Shown here: piece after piece, positions 24,083 through 33,810 of the stretch
Layout of the letters: every line of letters begins with the position of its first letter
How positions within the stretch are numbered: the first letter of the stretch is position 1
DNA from: a virus
Taxonomy: Duplodnaviria; Caudoviricetes
IMG/VR virus record: IMGVR_UViG_3300032233_001211
Coordinates: 1-35,827 of that record
Reading direction: 5' to 3' (one strand)
DNA: 35,827 nt
Notes under the pieces: generated by a model
Told to the model about the DNA's origin: nothing
The model's database searches: none
What the model saw: only the letters and a program-made list of their open reading frames with translations
Program-made: the position numbers and the translations under genes

Positions 24083-25251
24083 TGGCGACTAAGCCTAAGA
24101 TTGTTGCTACGCCTAGTCGTGGCAATTACACGGTAAAGGGGACCCCTAAGGGGGTTGTGATCCCTAAGGCTCCTACTGCCGGATCGGTTGTTCAGGGCAA
24201 ACAGGGCGTTGATTTTGTGTATCGTCCTAGCGGACCTAAGGGGCCAGGTTATTATCGAAAGGAAAAGCCTACTCCTAGTATTACTACTTCTAAGCCGACG
24301 GTTGGTACGAATGCTGCTGGGTCTACTATTGCGACTCCGCCGACGACAAACGTTGCTGCGCCGCCGCCTGCTCCTCGTGCTGCGTTTAATTATGCTGACG
24401 CTTTTTATGCTGCGCCTGGGTATAGCGAAAGTTTGGCTGGCATTAATCAGCAGTTGGGAGGCATTGAGTCTAAGTATGGGTTTACTATTCGCCGAGACGT
24501 AAATCCTACTTCTCCGACTCGTGGTGGCGCGTACTATAAGCCGAAGGGTGCGCCTGAGGGGTCGGGGACTATTCTTGCAACGGTTAGTCCCGTTGATGGG
24601 TCGTATGTGTATAAGGATTCTGCGGGTAAGGTTTATTCTGCTGCTGATCTTGAGATTGATGTTGTCACTCTTAAGCCGGGCGATGTGGGTTATCTTGAGG
24701 GCGCGTACGGTAGTAATGCTGCTACGAGTGATCTTAATATGCGTAAGATGAGTGATGCTGCTGCGCAGAGTGGTGTTGGCGCTAGTGGTATTCGTGGCGC
24801 TATGGCTTCGCAGGAGGGTGCGGCGCGTGCTGCTCGCAATTTTAGTTTGACGGCGCAGGCTGGCGCTGATCTTGGTGCTACGACTGCTAAGTATGTTGAT
24901 CTTTATCGGACTATTTTTGATTCTATTAAGGGTCAGGCTGAGGATTATAATTCTGCTCCCGTGCCTGCTCCCGAAGCGCCTGCGGCTGAGGCTCCAGCTC
25001 CGGCTGCGCCAGAGTATCTTGGGTATAACCAGGCTCCTCCGCCTCCCCCGGGTAGGCTTAGTGGTGGGCCGGGTGGTCAGTTTATGACGCTTATTGCTGA
25101 TGTGACGCTTGAGCGGAATACGACTGATAAGGCGATCCGTGAGGGTCTTCGAGCGTTCTTGAAGAATCCTGCTTACCAGTTGACTGCTCAGCAGAAGGCG
25201 TACATTAATTCGCTGATTACTGGTCGGTATAAGGGTAATAAGAAGTATTAG
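24082..25251 (+). CDS. Putative internal virion (ejection) protein 1
   Basis: Pro/Ala/Gly-rich, 'SGVGASG' segment; position after the tail genes. Confidence 0.55.
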   Translation: MATKPKIVATPSRGNYTVKGTPKGVVIPKAPTAGSVVQGKQGVDFVYRPSGPKGPGYYRKEKPTPSITTSKPTVGTNAAGSTIATPPTTNVAAPPPAPRAAFNYADAFYAAPGYSESLAGINQQLGGIESKYGFTIRRDVNPTSPTRGGAYYKPKGAPEGSGTILATVSPVDGSYVYKDSAGKVYSAADLEIDVVTLKPGDVGYLEGAYGSNAATSDLNMRKMSDAAAQSGVGASGIRGAMASQEGAARAARNFSLTAQAGADLGATTAKYVDLYRTIFDSIKGQAEDYNSAPVPAPEAPAAEAPAPAAPEYLGYNQAPPPPPGRLSGGPGGQFMTLIADVTLERNTTDKAIREGLRAFLKNPAYQLTAQQKAYINSLITGRYKGNKKY

Positions 25252-25268
25252 GATGGTAGACTAGACTT

Positions 25269-26669
25269 ATGCCTCAGCTCGATAGACCTCCTGTTGGTTC
25301 GCCTGGTCGCGATGCTTTTGCGAATACTGCTACTGGTGGTTCTGTTGCTGCTCCTTTTGTTTCGACTAAGGAACGCGAAAGGCGCGAACAGAAGCGTAAG
25401 CAGAATCTTGCAAACCAAAGAGCTAACAGGGCTGCCGCCGCCGCTAATACCGGTAGTGGCAGTGGCAGTGGTTCGGGTGGCGCTGGAGCCAGTAACGCGC
25501 CTGCGGCCACTGGCCTTACTGATGCTGAGAAAAAGGCTGCGCGAGATAAGAAGATTGCAGATCAGAAGGCTGCTAACGCTGCGGCCAAAGCGAACAAGTT
25601 TAACCCACTGCTTGGCCCGTACAAGTCTCCTGCGGAGCTACGCAAGGAAGCCGCTGATCTTGCTGCGCTTAGTGTCGCTACTGAAGATTCTCTAAGAAGT
25701 CAGCAGGCTTTGCAGGAGTCGGGCCTCACTGGTCTTAGTACGGCTCTTGGTAATCGTCTTGGTGGTTTGAATACTGAGTATCAGGCAACGCTTAGTGGTC
25801 TTGGCAATGCGTATGGTCAGACTGCTGCGAACACTGCTGCTGCTACGAATGAGCAGCTTATTGCTTCTGGTGCGCCGTCGAGTGTCGCTCCTGTTGGTGC
25901 TAATCCGGCGCTTGGTAATACGATTGCGTTGCTTGGTGCTGTTCCTTCGCAGTATGCTACGACTGCTGCTGCTACTGGTACGCAGCTTATTGGTAGTTCT
26001 CGTGCTGCGTTGCAGAAGTCGCTTACGGATCGTGCTAATACTGTTAGTGCTAATACGGCTAAGTATCTTCAGGCGTTGCGGGAGACTGAGTACAACAAGG
26101 CTGTTGCGAATGTTACTGCTGAGCAGAATGCTGCTCGTCTTGGTGTTGATTCGCAGTATAAGGCTGGGATGCTTGGTGTTGCGCAGAGTAGGGCGGAGAC
26201 GGCTGCGGAGGCTAATGCGATTAAGCGCGAGTCGAATGCGATTAAGTTGCAGATTGCTGCTGCTGGTGGCACTGGAGCTAAGGCTATTAAGGCTGCTCAG
26301 AAGGGGCTGCTTGGTTCGGCTGATACTTATGTTAAGGGCTTTACTTCGGCTAGTGGTGATAACACGTATAACGTTACGCTTAAGCCGAGGAATCCGACGG
26401 GTGACATTAAGGTTGTTCCTATTGTTGCGGCTAGCCCGGAAGAGGCCAGGACTAAGGCTGCTGGTTTGTATGGCACGGGCGGCGCTGGTGGCCCTGGGTC
26501 TGATGTTGCTGACGTTGTTCTTGATCGTGCCAACACTTCTACTATTGCGCCCACTGCGAAAGAAGTGATTGCGCGAACTATTGGTTTGCTTACTATTGCT
26601 GGTATGAGTCCTAAGGCTGCTCGAAGTTGGATTATTCAGAACATTATTCTGCCGTATGGCGTTAAGTAA
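25269..26669 (+). CDS. Putative internal virion (ejection) protein 2
   Basis: Ala-rich helical protein; middle member of a triplet of increasing size. Confidence 0.55.
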   Translation: MPQLDRPPVGSPGRDAFANTATGGSVAAPFVSTKERERREQKRKQNLANQRANRAAAAANTGSGSGSGSGGAGASNAPAATGLTDAEKKAARDKKIADQKAANAAAKANKFNPLLGPYKSPAELRKEAADLAALSVATEDSLRSQQALQESGLTGLSTALGNRLGGLNTEYQATLSGLGNAYGQTAANTAAATNEQLIASGAPSSVAPVGANPALGNTIALLGAVPSQYATTAAATGTQLIGSSRAALQKSLTDRANTVSANTAKYLQALRETEYNKAVANVTAEQNAARLGVDSQYKAGMLGVAQSRAETAAEANAIKRESNAIKLQIAAAGGTGAKAIKAAQKGLLGSADTYVKGFTSASGDNTYNVTLKPRNPTGDIKVVPIVAASPEEARTKAAGLYGTGGAGGPGSDVADVVLDRANTSTIAPTAKEVIARTIGLLTIAGMSPKAARSWIIQNIILPYGVK

Positions 26670-26702
26670 TTGTCTTGTTGTGTGAGTGCGTATACTGTGT
26701 GA

Positions 26703-29700
26703 ATGGCTAAGCCTGAAGCTACTACTGCTGGTGGATTTGGTAGTTTCGGTTCTGTTGGTAAGCCGAAGGTAAAGCCCAAGCCGAAGGCTAAGCCGAAGGT
26801 TACTGCTGCTGGTGGCGTTGTTGCTTCTGGCGGTATTTCTAAGCCTGTTCTTGATTCTAGCTACAAGTTTGTTTTTGATCCGTCTGGCCGGGAGAGCGAC
26901 GAGGTAAAAGCTCTTAAGGCTTTGTTTGCTGATCGTACGGGTGGGGATGATCTTCTTGCTCAGCCTGATCCGCAGGAGGCGTTGAAGTCTGCTGGTCTTA
27001 TTAAGGGTGGTGGTGGCAGAGGGCTAGCTCGTGGTTCTAGTAGTGGTGTTTACGCTTCCGCCCAAGACGCGCTTGACGCGATTGGTGGTGGGATTACTTC
27101 TATTCTGAAGGGAACTAATCCCATTGACCAGAAGATTCAGCAGGGCGTTGACAAGTATCGAGAAGCAGTTGTTAAGAATAATCCTGAACTTGGCAAGCAG
27201 GATGGCGTAGTTGTTAATCCTGTCGGTCAGTGGGTTGACCGTGGCGGGGCTCTTGGAGCGTATCGTCGCGCTGTTGAGGATAAGAATCCTGAGCTTAAGG
27301 ATCGGCCTGGCGGAGCGCCTATTACAAGCGTCCTTAACGCGTATAAGGAAGCTATTGTCAATAAGCGTCCTGAGCTTAAAGCCGATGCTGGTGGGCCAAG
27401 TCTTTCCGGGGTTCTCGATTGGTATAGGCAGCGTGTTATTGCTAACAATCCTGAGCTTAAGGGTGACGTTGGTGGGCCAACCGTGTCTCAGCTTCCGGCG
27501 CTTAGGCTTGGTATTGGCAGTATTGATCCTAAGGTTCGTAAAAATCTAGATGTTCGTGCTGATGTTGGCCCGTTTTCTCTTTATAACGTTAAGGGCGATA
27601 CTCTTGGCGGGATTGCTACGGGAGAGAACCGTGTTATTGGTTTGGCTACTAGGGGTGGGGAGCTTCCTAAGCCTACTCGTGTTTCGGTTGATGAGGCCGC
27701 TCCGCTTATTGAGAACATTATTGATTACAACTTGAAGAATAATGTTGCTGAGGAGGATATTCAGAAGCAGCTTGTTCTTCTTGATGATGCGCAGAAGGGT
27801 ACGCCTACTTCTGATTTGAAGTTTACTGCTGGGCTGCTTGATTTGGGGCCGTTGTCTAAGCCTGTGCGTAAGTACCTGGTTGATTTTGCTAGGTCGCAGG
27901 GTAGGGATATTGCTCTTCCTGATAAGTACACGGATGAAGAGCTTTTGCATATGGCGTTTACTCGCGCTAGTGGGGTTGCCGAGTTGCAGCAGAGCGCGGC
28001 GCGTCAGGTTGGCGAGTTGTCTGCTGTTATTCCTGGCATTGTTGCTATTGGTAAGACTATTGCTAGTGGCGATGAAGAGCAGATGGTTGGTTTGCTTAAG
28101 AGCGTTGCTGCTCCGTATCAGTATCTTGTTGATGATATTGGTCGGCGTGGTTGGAAGGAGGCTCTTACTTCGTTTGCGCAGGAGCGTCCTCTTGACGCGC
28201 TTCTTATTGTCAATGGGTTTGTTCGTATTGCTGGGCGTGGTGCTGGTGCTGCTGCTCGTACTGCGGGTGGTACGGGTACGTCGCTTCCTCAGTTGCTAAT
28301 TAATGCGACTCCAGAGCCGGGCAGTCTTAGGGCTAGGTTTGGCAAATTTGCTGCTGTTAATCGTCCGATTAGTGTGAAGCTTCCTGAAGTTAAGGTTGGG
28401 GACACTAAGGTTTCTGAGGTTGATCGGTCTTTGGTTGTTGGGTATACGGGTAAGAATCTTGTTAGTACGGCTTTGAGTGAGTTGTTTTTTCGCACGGTGG
28501 GTAAGACTACTTCTAAGTCTGGTGGGTCTGTTGGTGGCGGCATTGCTCGTGTTGCTTCTGGGCGTACTAAGCGGGGTATGCGTCGTGCGCAGAATGTTGG
28601 TGATGAGGCTGCGGTTCGAGCAACAATTGCGTTGGATGATTTGTCTAAGGGGCTTTCGCGCGATCAGGTTTTGCGTCTTGCCTTGGAGCTTGTTCATGCG
28701 ACTGAGAAGCCTGATGGTTCTAAGTTCTCGTTGGGTGAGATTGCGGATTATTGGGAAGGGCGCACTGCCCAGGCGCTTCAGGAGATTGCTGATGGGGCGG
28801 ATAACCCTACTCAGATTAAGGCTAATGCTGCTAGGTATTCTAAGCAGGCACAGTTTTTTCGTGAGGCTGCTAACACTAAGCTTGACCAGTCGTTTATTGA
28901 TCGTGCGCGTGAAGCTGTGCGTCCTCTTGGTGATGACAATGACACGATTGTTTCAATGTTGTTTGGGGCGTTTGATTCGGACACTAACCCGAGCGGGTTG
29001 CGCACTGTTCCCTCTAAGGTGGCAGAGCTGGAGGTTGGGCATAAGATTGACATTGGGCCGGAGGGCGAGGTTATCCCTGCGCGTGTTACCAATGTCGAGG
29101 TTCTTCCTGATGGGACTCGTCGTATTACTAGGCAGAACATTCTTGATCCCAGGGACGTTAGCTCGTTTGTTGATCTTGGCGCTCGGCCTGTTACGCGGTT
29201 GGAGCCTGGCGTTAATTCGGCTAAGTTTGTGCGACAGTTTATTTACTGGCAGGAAGAGCTGGCTGCTGCTGCCAAGACGGTTGCTGATGATCGTAATGCT
29301 GTGTTGCGTGCTGATGCGGAGGCCGTTAACACGCCGCGTATTCGTTTTAATAAGCTGAACGCGCAGAGGGAGGCGGCTGCTGGCCGTATCACCATTGTTC
29401 TTGACAAGATGCGCGCTGCCGAGTCTTCTGGGGCGTTGGGTAAGGTTCGTAAGTTTCGCAAGCAGTATGAGCGCCAAGTGTCAAAGCTTATTCTTGTCTT
29501 GCGGGATATGGAGCAGCAGGCCATTTTGATGGGCGATGAGGCGCTTGCTAGGAATATTCGTGCGGCTCGTACCAATGTTGTTAAGCAGCGTGGTGTTGGT
29601 GGTCGAGTGCCTTTGTCTTCTGATGCTGGTCTTGATCCTAAGCTTCTTATTCCTTCTGATGAGCTTGCTGCGCAGCAGGCTCGTGTTGCGGGTAGTGCTG

Positions 29701-32700
29701 AGCAGTTTACGTTTACTCCCTCTGCGTTGGGTGAGGTTCGTCAGGTTAGTGCGCGTGAGGCTCTTAACAGGGCCGCTGGTCTTGAGGGGCGCGCGGCTAG
29801 TTTGCAGGAGCGCATTGATGCCGCTGCTGCGCAGCGTGCTAATGCGCCTGTGTCTGCTGCTCAGGCCTCTCGTGCAGCGGCGGAGTTGCCTCAGGTTAGG
29901 GATCGTGTGGTTGCTGCTAGTGAGGCCGCTGTTCGTGCTGGTGACATTTCAGCAGAGTTTGGTGCGGCGCTTGACTCTATTATTAAGCGCTTCGACTTTC
30001 TCAATGGCGACACTATTTTTGCGAAGGATCGTGCGGGTAGAACGCGGAAGCTATTTGCTGCTGCTACTGCTACGGATAGGGCGTTTGTTCTTAAGACCCT
30101 TGGTGATTTGTTGCGTTTGGTTGAGGATCGAAAGAATGCTACTGATCCGGGCAATCCGCCAGCGTTGCTTTCTGCGGACGAGGTGGCGTTGCTTCGTTCT
30201 GCTGAAAGCGTTTTGGCAATTATGGAACAGCGTGCTGCTAGGTATTCTGCGTTTAGGCCGTTTGCTGCTCCTGTTGGGTTTGGTGGCCGTGGCGCTTCTG
30301 ATGTTATTCCTGACATTACGGGGGCGCAGGCGGCTGCTCGTGCGCCTGGTGTTGCGGCTCTTGAGCGTGGAAGTGTGTTGCGCGAGCGCATTGCTGCTCG
30401 TCGTGCGGTTCCTAGCGTTAAGCAGCTTGCTGTTATGGCGCGTGAGAAGAAGCGTTTGTTGGCTGAAGCAGATAAGTCTCGTCGCGAGGCGCGTCGTATT
30501 ATTGAGCGTGGTTCGCCGCTTGTCCGTACGGAAAGTATTACTGCCGCTCTCGACGCTACCACTGGCGAGATCGCTGTCAAGATAGATCTTGAAAAGCCTG
30601 TTTACTTTACGCCTAAGCAGATCCTTAATGAGAGCAAGGCGGAGTATATTGCTCGCGTTGAGCTGTATGGCAATGATCCTGTGTTGTGGGTTGGCACTAG
30701 GGCTGGTGTGTTTGGTGGGCAGAAGGCCAGGGTAAATGTTGCTTCTGCGTTGGATGTTTCTCCTACTGCTGGCATTCCTCCTAGTCGTCTTAAGCCTCTG
30801 ACTGGCGCGGTAACGCAGTCTGGTAGTGAGGATATGCGTAATATTTGGCGCAACCTTATTGCGGATACGGGAACTATTCGAGGCGCGCTTGCTATGCAGC
30901 GAGAGATGCGGATGCTTATTGAGGGCGTTGCTATTCGTATCACTAATGTTACTGAGCGCGAAGCTGAAGCTATGAATCGAGTTGTTTCGGGCCAAGTTGA
31001 TAACACTATTGATTTGTCTGAGGCAGAGCGCGTTGTTTGGGATTCGCGTGATTACGTTGCTATCAATCCGTTTGATAAGAATGTGCGTATCCGTCAGCAG
31101 GTTCAGACGGGTGTTGCCGCAACGGATGAAGCTGGTGATTTGTCGCTTGCTGATTTGTTTGCGCGCGAAGCTTCTGAAGCTGATCTTGTTCGTGCGGGTG
31201 GCGATTATCTTCTGATCCCTCGGTTCCTTTACGAGCAGATGAAGGACGAGTTAGCTTCGCTTGATTATCAGCTTGGCCCGAAGGGTCAGAAGCTTGACTC
31301 GTTTACTAAGCAGTGGCGTAACTTTACGCTAAACATTTTTCCGCGTACTGGTTTTGCAAACCTTGTTGGTTCTGCTGCGCTTGCTGCTATTGCTGGTGCT
31401 GGGCCTAAGTCTTTTTATCTTGCGTATCGGCATTTGAAGTATGGTGATGTTCCTGCTCCGGCTCAGTTGCGTCAGCGTTTTGGTGCGACGCTTACTAGCC
31501 AGGCAGAGTTTGCTAAAGCTAGGGATGCGCTTAACGCTTTGTATCCTGGCGCGGACAAGCCGCTAGGCGCGTTGGCGTGGTGGATGAATCACATGCGTCA
31601 GTTCAATGGCATTAGTGAAGACTTTGGTCGCCTGGCTGTGTGGTATTCGAAGGCGTATCCCGAAGCTTCTCGTCTTGCTGATGATTCTTTTGTTGCGCAG
31701 TGGGGCAAGATGCGTACTGTCAGTGAGGGCGCTAGTGATTTGCTTGAACGATTCGCTAACAATGATCCAGACTTTGCGGCTCAGGCGGCTAGGTTTACTG
31801 ACCTAGCGTTTGAATGGGTTGGCGACCTTCATGCTGGCGGAGCTTTGAATGCAAACCTGCGCATCGCTATTCCTTTCCAGCAGTGGTATCGGCACATTCT
31901 GCGTTTGACGCTTGTCACAATGCCGCTTAAGTATCCGGGCAGAACATTGTTTCTTCATAAGGTTGCTGAGATTGGCAAGGATTATTTGCGCCAGCACGGC
32001 ATCCTTCCCTCTTGGTTTGATGATCTTATCCCAATCTTTATTGAAGAGAAAATGGTTGATGGTGTTCCGCAAGAGTACGTCACTGCGTGGCGAACGTCTA
32101 ACTTGAATGCGTTTAGTGCAGCAAGTGATCTTTTCGGTAGCAATGGTGAGATTCAATGGGCGGACTATGGCGCTAACACGTTGCTTCCAATCTGGGGTTC
32201 AACGGCTCAGCTTATTTTCTCTTTTCTAAGTGGCGAGTCTCAACAGTTTGGTTACAACAGTATTAACACTGACGTTAAAAACCAGTATGGCCAGGTCATT
32301 CCGTTCTTTTCCGCAGAAAGCGCTAACTATTCTCTCAACCAGATGATTCGTGGTTTGCCGATGAGTACCATTGCTGCGTCTACCGCAGCTCGCGCTCCAG
32401 AGAGCAACATCTTTTTTGGTGATGAGCGTAAGCCCATTCGTGGTGACGGATTTTCGTGGAGCGAGGATGCGCTTCCGCCTGATGCTCCTGGTCGAGACTT
32501 TCTTTCTGTTGGCAAGAATGCGTACAACGCTGCGTTTAATGGGCAAGAGTTTAATTACGCTAGTCCTGCCGCGCTGATGCTGCGATTGTTTATTGGTGGT
32601 GGTGCTGCCGTGGTGCTTGGTAAGGGAGCTGTTCGCGACAGTCAGATTTACGCTACTTACGCTAGGTTGGAATCAGAGTACAAGCGTAATGAGAAGATTG

Positions 32701-32756
32701 AGTGGCAGAAAAAGTGGGACGCTCAGCAAGCTTTTTTGGAAGCAATCAATGAGTAA
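26703..32756 (+). CDS. Large putative internal virion (ejection) protein 3, 2017 aa
   Basis: Very long helical ORF at the T7 gp16-like position; four 'Y[RK]xxxxxxxPEL' repeats near the N-terminus; no tape-measure periodicity or polymerase motif seen. Confidence 0.6.
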   Translation: MAKPEATTAGGFGSFGSVGKPKVKPKPKAKPKVTAAGGVVASGGISKPVLDSSYKFVFDPSGRESDEVKALKALFADRTGGDDLLAQPDPQEALKSAGLIKGGGGRGLARGSSSGVYASAQDALDAIGGGITSILKGTNPIDQKIQQGVDKYREAVVKNNPELGKQDGVVVNPVGQWVDRGGALGAYRRAVEDKNPELKDRPGGAPITSVLNAYKEAIVNKRPELKADAGGPSLSGVLDWYRQRVIANNPELKGDVGGPTVSQLPALRLGIGSIDPKVRKNLDVRADVGPFSLYNVKGDTLGGIATGENRVIGLATRGGELPKPTRVSVDEAAPLIENIIDYNLKNNVAEEDIQKQLVLLDDAQKGTPTSDLKFTAGLLDLGPLSKPVRKYLVDFARSQGRDIALPDKYTDEELLHMAFTRASGVAELQQSAARQVGELSAVIPGIVAIGKTIASGDEEQMVGLLKSVAAPYQYLVDDIGRRGWKEALTSFAQERPLDALLIVNGFVRIAGRGAGAAARTAGGTGTSLPQLLINATPEPGSLRARFGKFAAVNRPISVKLPEVKVGDTKVSEVDRSLVVGYTGKNLVSTALSELFFRTVGKTTSKSGGSVGGGIARVASGRTKRGMRRAQNVGDEAAVRATIALDDLSKGLSRDQVLRLALELVHATEKPDGSKFSLGEIADYWEGRTAQALQEIADGADNPTQIKANAARYSKQAQFFREAANTKLDQSFIDRAREAVRPLGDDNDTIVSMLFGAFDSDTNPSGLRTVPSKVAELEVGHKIDIGPEGEVIPARVTNVEVLPDGTRRITRQNILDPRDVSSFVDLGARPVTRLEPGVNSAKFVRQFIYWQEELAAAAKTVADDRNAVLRADAEAVNTPRIRFNKLNAQREAAAGRITIVLDKMRAAESSGALGKVRKFRKQYERQVSKLILVLRDMEQQAILMGDEALARNIRAARTNVVKQRGVGGRVPLSSDAGLDPKLLIPSDELAAQQARVAGSAEQFTFTPSALGEVRQVSAREALNRAAGLEGRAASLQERIDAAAAQRANAPVSAAQASRAAAELPQVRDRVVAASEAAVRAGDISAEFGAALDSIIKRFDFLNGDTIFAKDRAGRTRKLFAAATATDRAFVLKTLGDLLRLVEDRKNATDPGNPPALLSADEVALLRSAESVLAIMEQRAARYSAFRPFAAPVGFGGRGASDVIPDITGAQAAARAPGVAALERGSVLRERIAARRAVPSVKQLAVMAREKKRLLAEADKSRREARRIIERGSPLVRTESITAALDATTGEIAVKIDLEKPVYFTPKQILNESKAEYIARVELYGNDPVLWVGTRAGVFGGQKARVNVASALDVSPTAGIPPSRLKPLTGAVTQSGSEDMRNIWRNLIADTGTIRGALAMQREMRMLIEGVAIRITNVTEREAEAMNRVVSGQVDNTIDLSEAERVVWDSRDYVAINPFDKNVRIRQQVQTGVAATDEAGDLSLADLFAREASEADLVRAGGDYLLIPRFLYEQMKDELASLDYQLGPKGQKLDSFTKQWRNFTLNIFPRTGFANLVGSAALAAIAGAGPKSFYLAYRHLKYGDVPAPAQLRQRFGATLTSQAEFAKARDALNALYPGADKPLGALAWWMNHMRQFNGISEDFGRLAVWYSKAYPEASRLADDSFVAQWGKMRTVSEGASDLLERFANNDPDFAAQAARFTDLAFEWVGDLHAGGALNANLRIAIPFQQWYRHILRLTLVTMPLKYPGRTLFLHKVAEIGKDYLRQHGILPSWFDDLIPIFIEEKMVDGVPQEYVTAWRTSNLNAFSAASDLFGSNGEIQWADYGANTLLPIWGSTAQLIFSFLSGESQQFGYNSINTDVKNQYGQVIPFFSAESANYSLNQMIRGLPMSTIAASTAARAPESNIFFGDERKPIRGDGFSWSEDALPPDAPGRDFLSVGKNAYNAAFNGQEFNYASPAALMLRLFIGGGAAVVLGKGAVRDSQIYATYARLESEYKRNEKIEWQKKWDAQQAFLEAINE

Positions 32757-32913
32757 TAACAATACATCTATATGGTACTTACTTCCTAGCGTTAGTGCTA
32801 GTTTCTTAAGGCTTGATGATGGTGTTTGTTATCTTATGAACAATCATCAAACCATCATGCAAGTACAGCAGTATGGTTTTTTAGCCCCCCCCAACCCCCC
32901 CCACACTATATGA
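32749..32913 (+). CDS. Possible 54-aa bridging ORF
   Basis: ATG overlaps the stop of the 2017-aa gene and TGA forms an ATGA overlap with the NlpC start; composition is atypical, so it may be non-coding. Confidence 0.3.
   Translation: MSNNNTSIWYLLPSVSASFLRLDDGVCYLMNNHQTIMQVQQYGFLAPPNPPHTI
32802..32902. repeat. Hairpin + double poly-C element, copy B
   Basis: TTTCTTAA GGCTTGATGAT..ATCATCAAACC..TGGTTTTTT AG C8 AA C8. Confidence 0.6.
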
Positions 32914-33521
32914 AGATTCCAAGCTTGTCAATCGGGGAAGACGAAGCTCTTAGGGCTAACCTTAAGATCCTTCAGAAGCAAACGCGCTTTAAAGTGCCGA
33001 ACATTAATGTGCCCGTAGAGGTTGATTTGCCTGAGGTGAACGCTCCAACGGGGCAGGTTGGTAATTCGTCGGCTGCGTTGAATGCTTTTAAGGATGCGAA
33101 CATTCCGATTCCTCCTACTTCTAAGATTGGGCAGAGCGTTGTTAGGGCCGCGCTTCAGATGCAAGGCATTCCTTATTCTTGGGGTGGTGGTGGCCCCGGT
33201 GGGCCGTCTAAGGGCATTGCTCAGGGCGCGAACACGGTTGGTTTTGATTGTTCGGGGTTGACTGAATATGCGTTTGCAAAGTTTGGAATCAATATTGGCA
33301 GCGTGACGTACGATCAGTTTAGGGCTGGCAAGCCTGTCCCTAAGAATGCTATGCGTCCTGGTGATCTTGTGTTCTTCAATCCTGGGCCTAACGGGCCGGG
33401 CCACGTAGGGATCTTTATTGGTAATGGCAAGTTTCTTCAAGCGCCACAGACAGGTGACGTTGTAAAAATTAGTGACTTGTCTAGTAGGTCTGATCTTGTA
33501 GGGGTGCGTCGTTACGGATGA
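32910..33521 (+). CDS. NlpC/P60 (C40) peptidoglycan endopeptidase
   Basis: 'GIPYSWGG', 'GFDCSGL', 'PGDLVFF', 'HVGIFIG' catalytic Cys/His motifs. Confidence 0.92.
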   Translation: MKIPSLSIGEDEALRANLKILQKQTRFKVPNINVPVEVDLPEVNAPTGQVGNSSAALNAFKDANIPIPPTSKIGQSVVRAALQMQGIPYSWGGGGPGGPSKGIAQGANTVGFDCSGLTEYAFAKFGINIGSVTYDQFRAGKPVPKNAMRPGDLVFFNPGPNGPGHVGIFIGNGKFLQAPQTGDVVKISDLSSRSDLVGVRRYG

Positions 33522-33754
33522 GCGAAGATTCGGTTCAGGTTATTCTGCTTAGGCTTCAGCACATGGAACAAATGTTGGAGCAGATTCATGCCGAGGTTAA
33601 GCGGACAAATGGCCGCGTCACTAGCTTGGAAATGGAGAACGCTAAATATGATGGTGAACAGCGCGCGAAGCGTATGCAGACCGTGGTACTCACAACTGTC
33701 GTTAGCGGCGCGCTTCTGGCTACGGTGGTTTGGTTCGTCCAAGCCGCAATCTAA
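33518..33754 (+). CDS. Coiled-coil protein with C-terminal transmembrane helix (lysis-module membrane protein)
   Basis: 'VKRTNGRVTSLE' coil followed by a hydrophobic C-terminal helix; ATGA overlap. Confidence 0.7.
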   Translation: MSEDSVQVILLRLQHMEQMLEQIHAEVKRTNGRVTSLEMENAKYDGEQRAKRMQTVVLTTVVSGALLATVVWFVQAAI

Positions 33755-33775
33755 GTAGGAGTTCCTACACGCGCG

Positions 33776-33784
33776 TGGTATCCT
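33776..33784 (+). promoter_or_regulatory. Extended -10 promoter for the endolysin
   Basis: TGG-TATCCT, 26 nt before the ATG, with an AAGGAGG SD in between. Confidence 0.45.
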
Positions 33785-33810
33785 TGTCGCGTAAGCAACA
33801 AGGAGGCACC

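Noticed and set aside
27546-31006. Long antisense and alternate-frame ORFs (e.g. 28477-29358, 29536-30585, 30051-30995; also 6165-6791)
   Set aside because: Leu/Val/Arg- or Asn/Thr/Ser-rich shadows produced by the strong T-ending codon bias of the real + strand genes; no motifs or initiation signals.
26703-32756. Tape-measure protein or virion RNA polymerase
   Set aside because: No tail tube or chaperone genes, no regular Trp/Phe periodicity, and no DxDGD or other polymerase motif seen.
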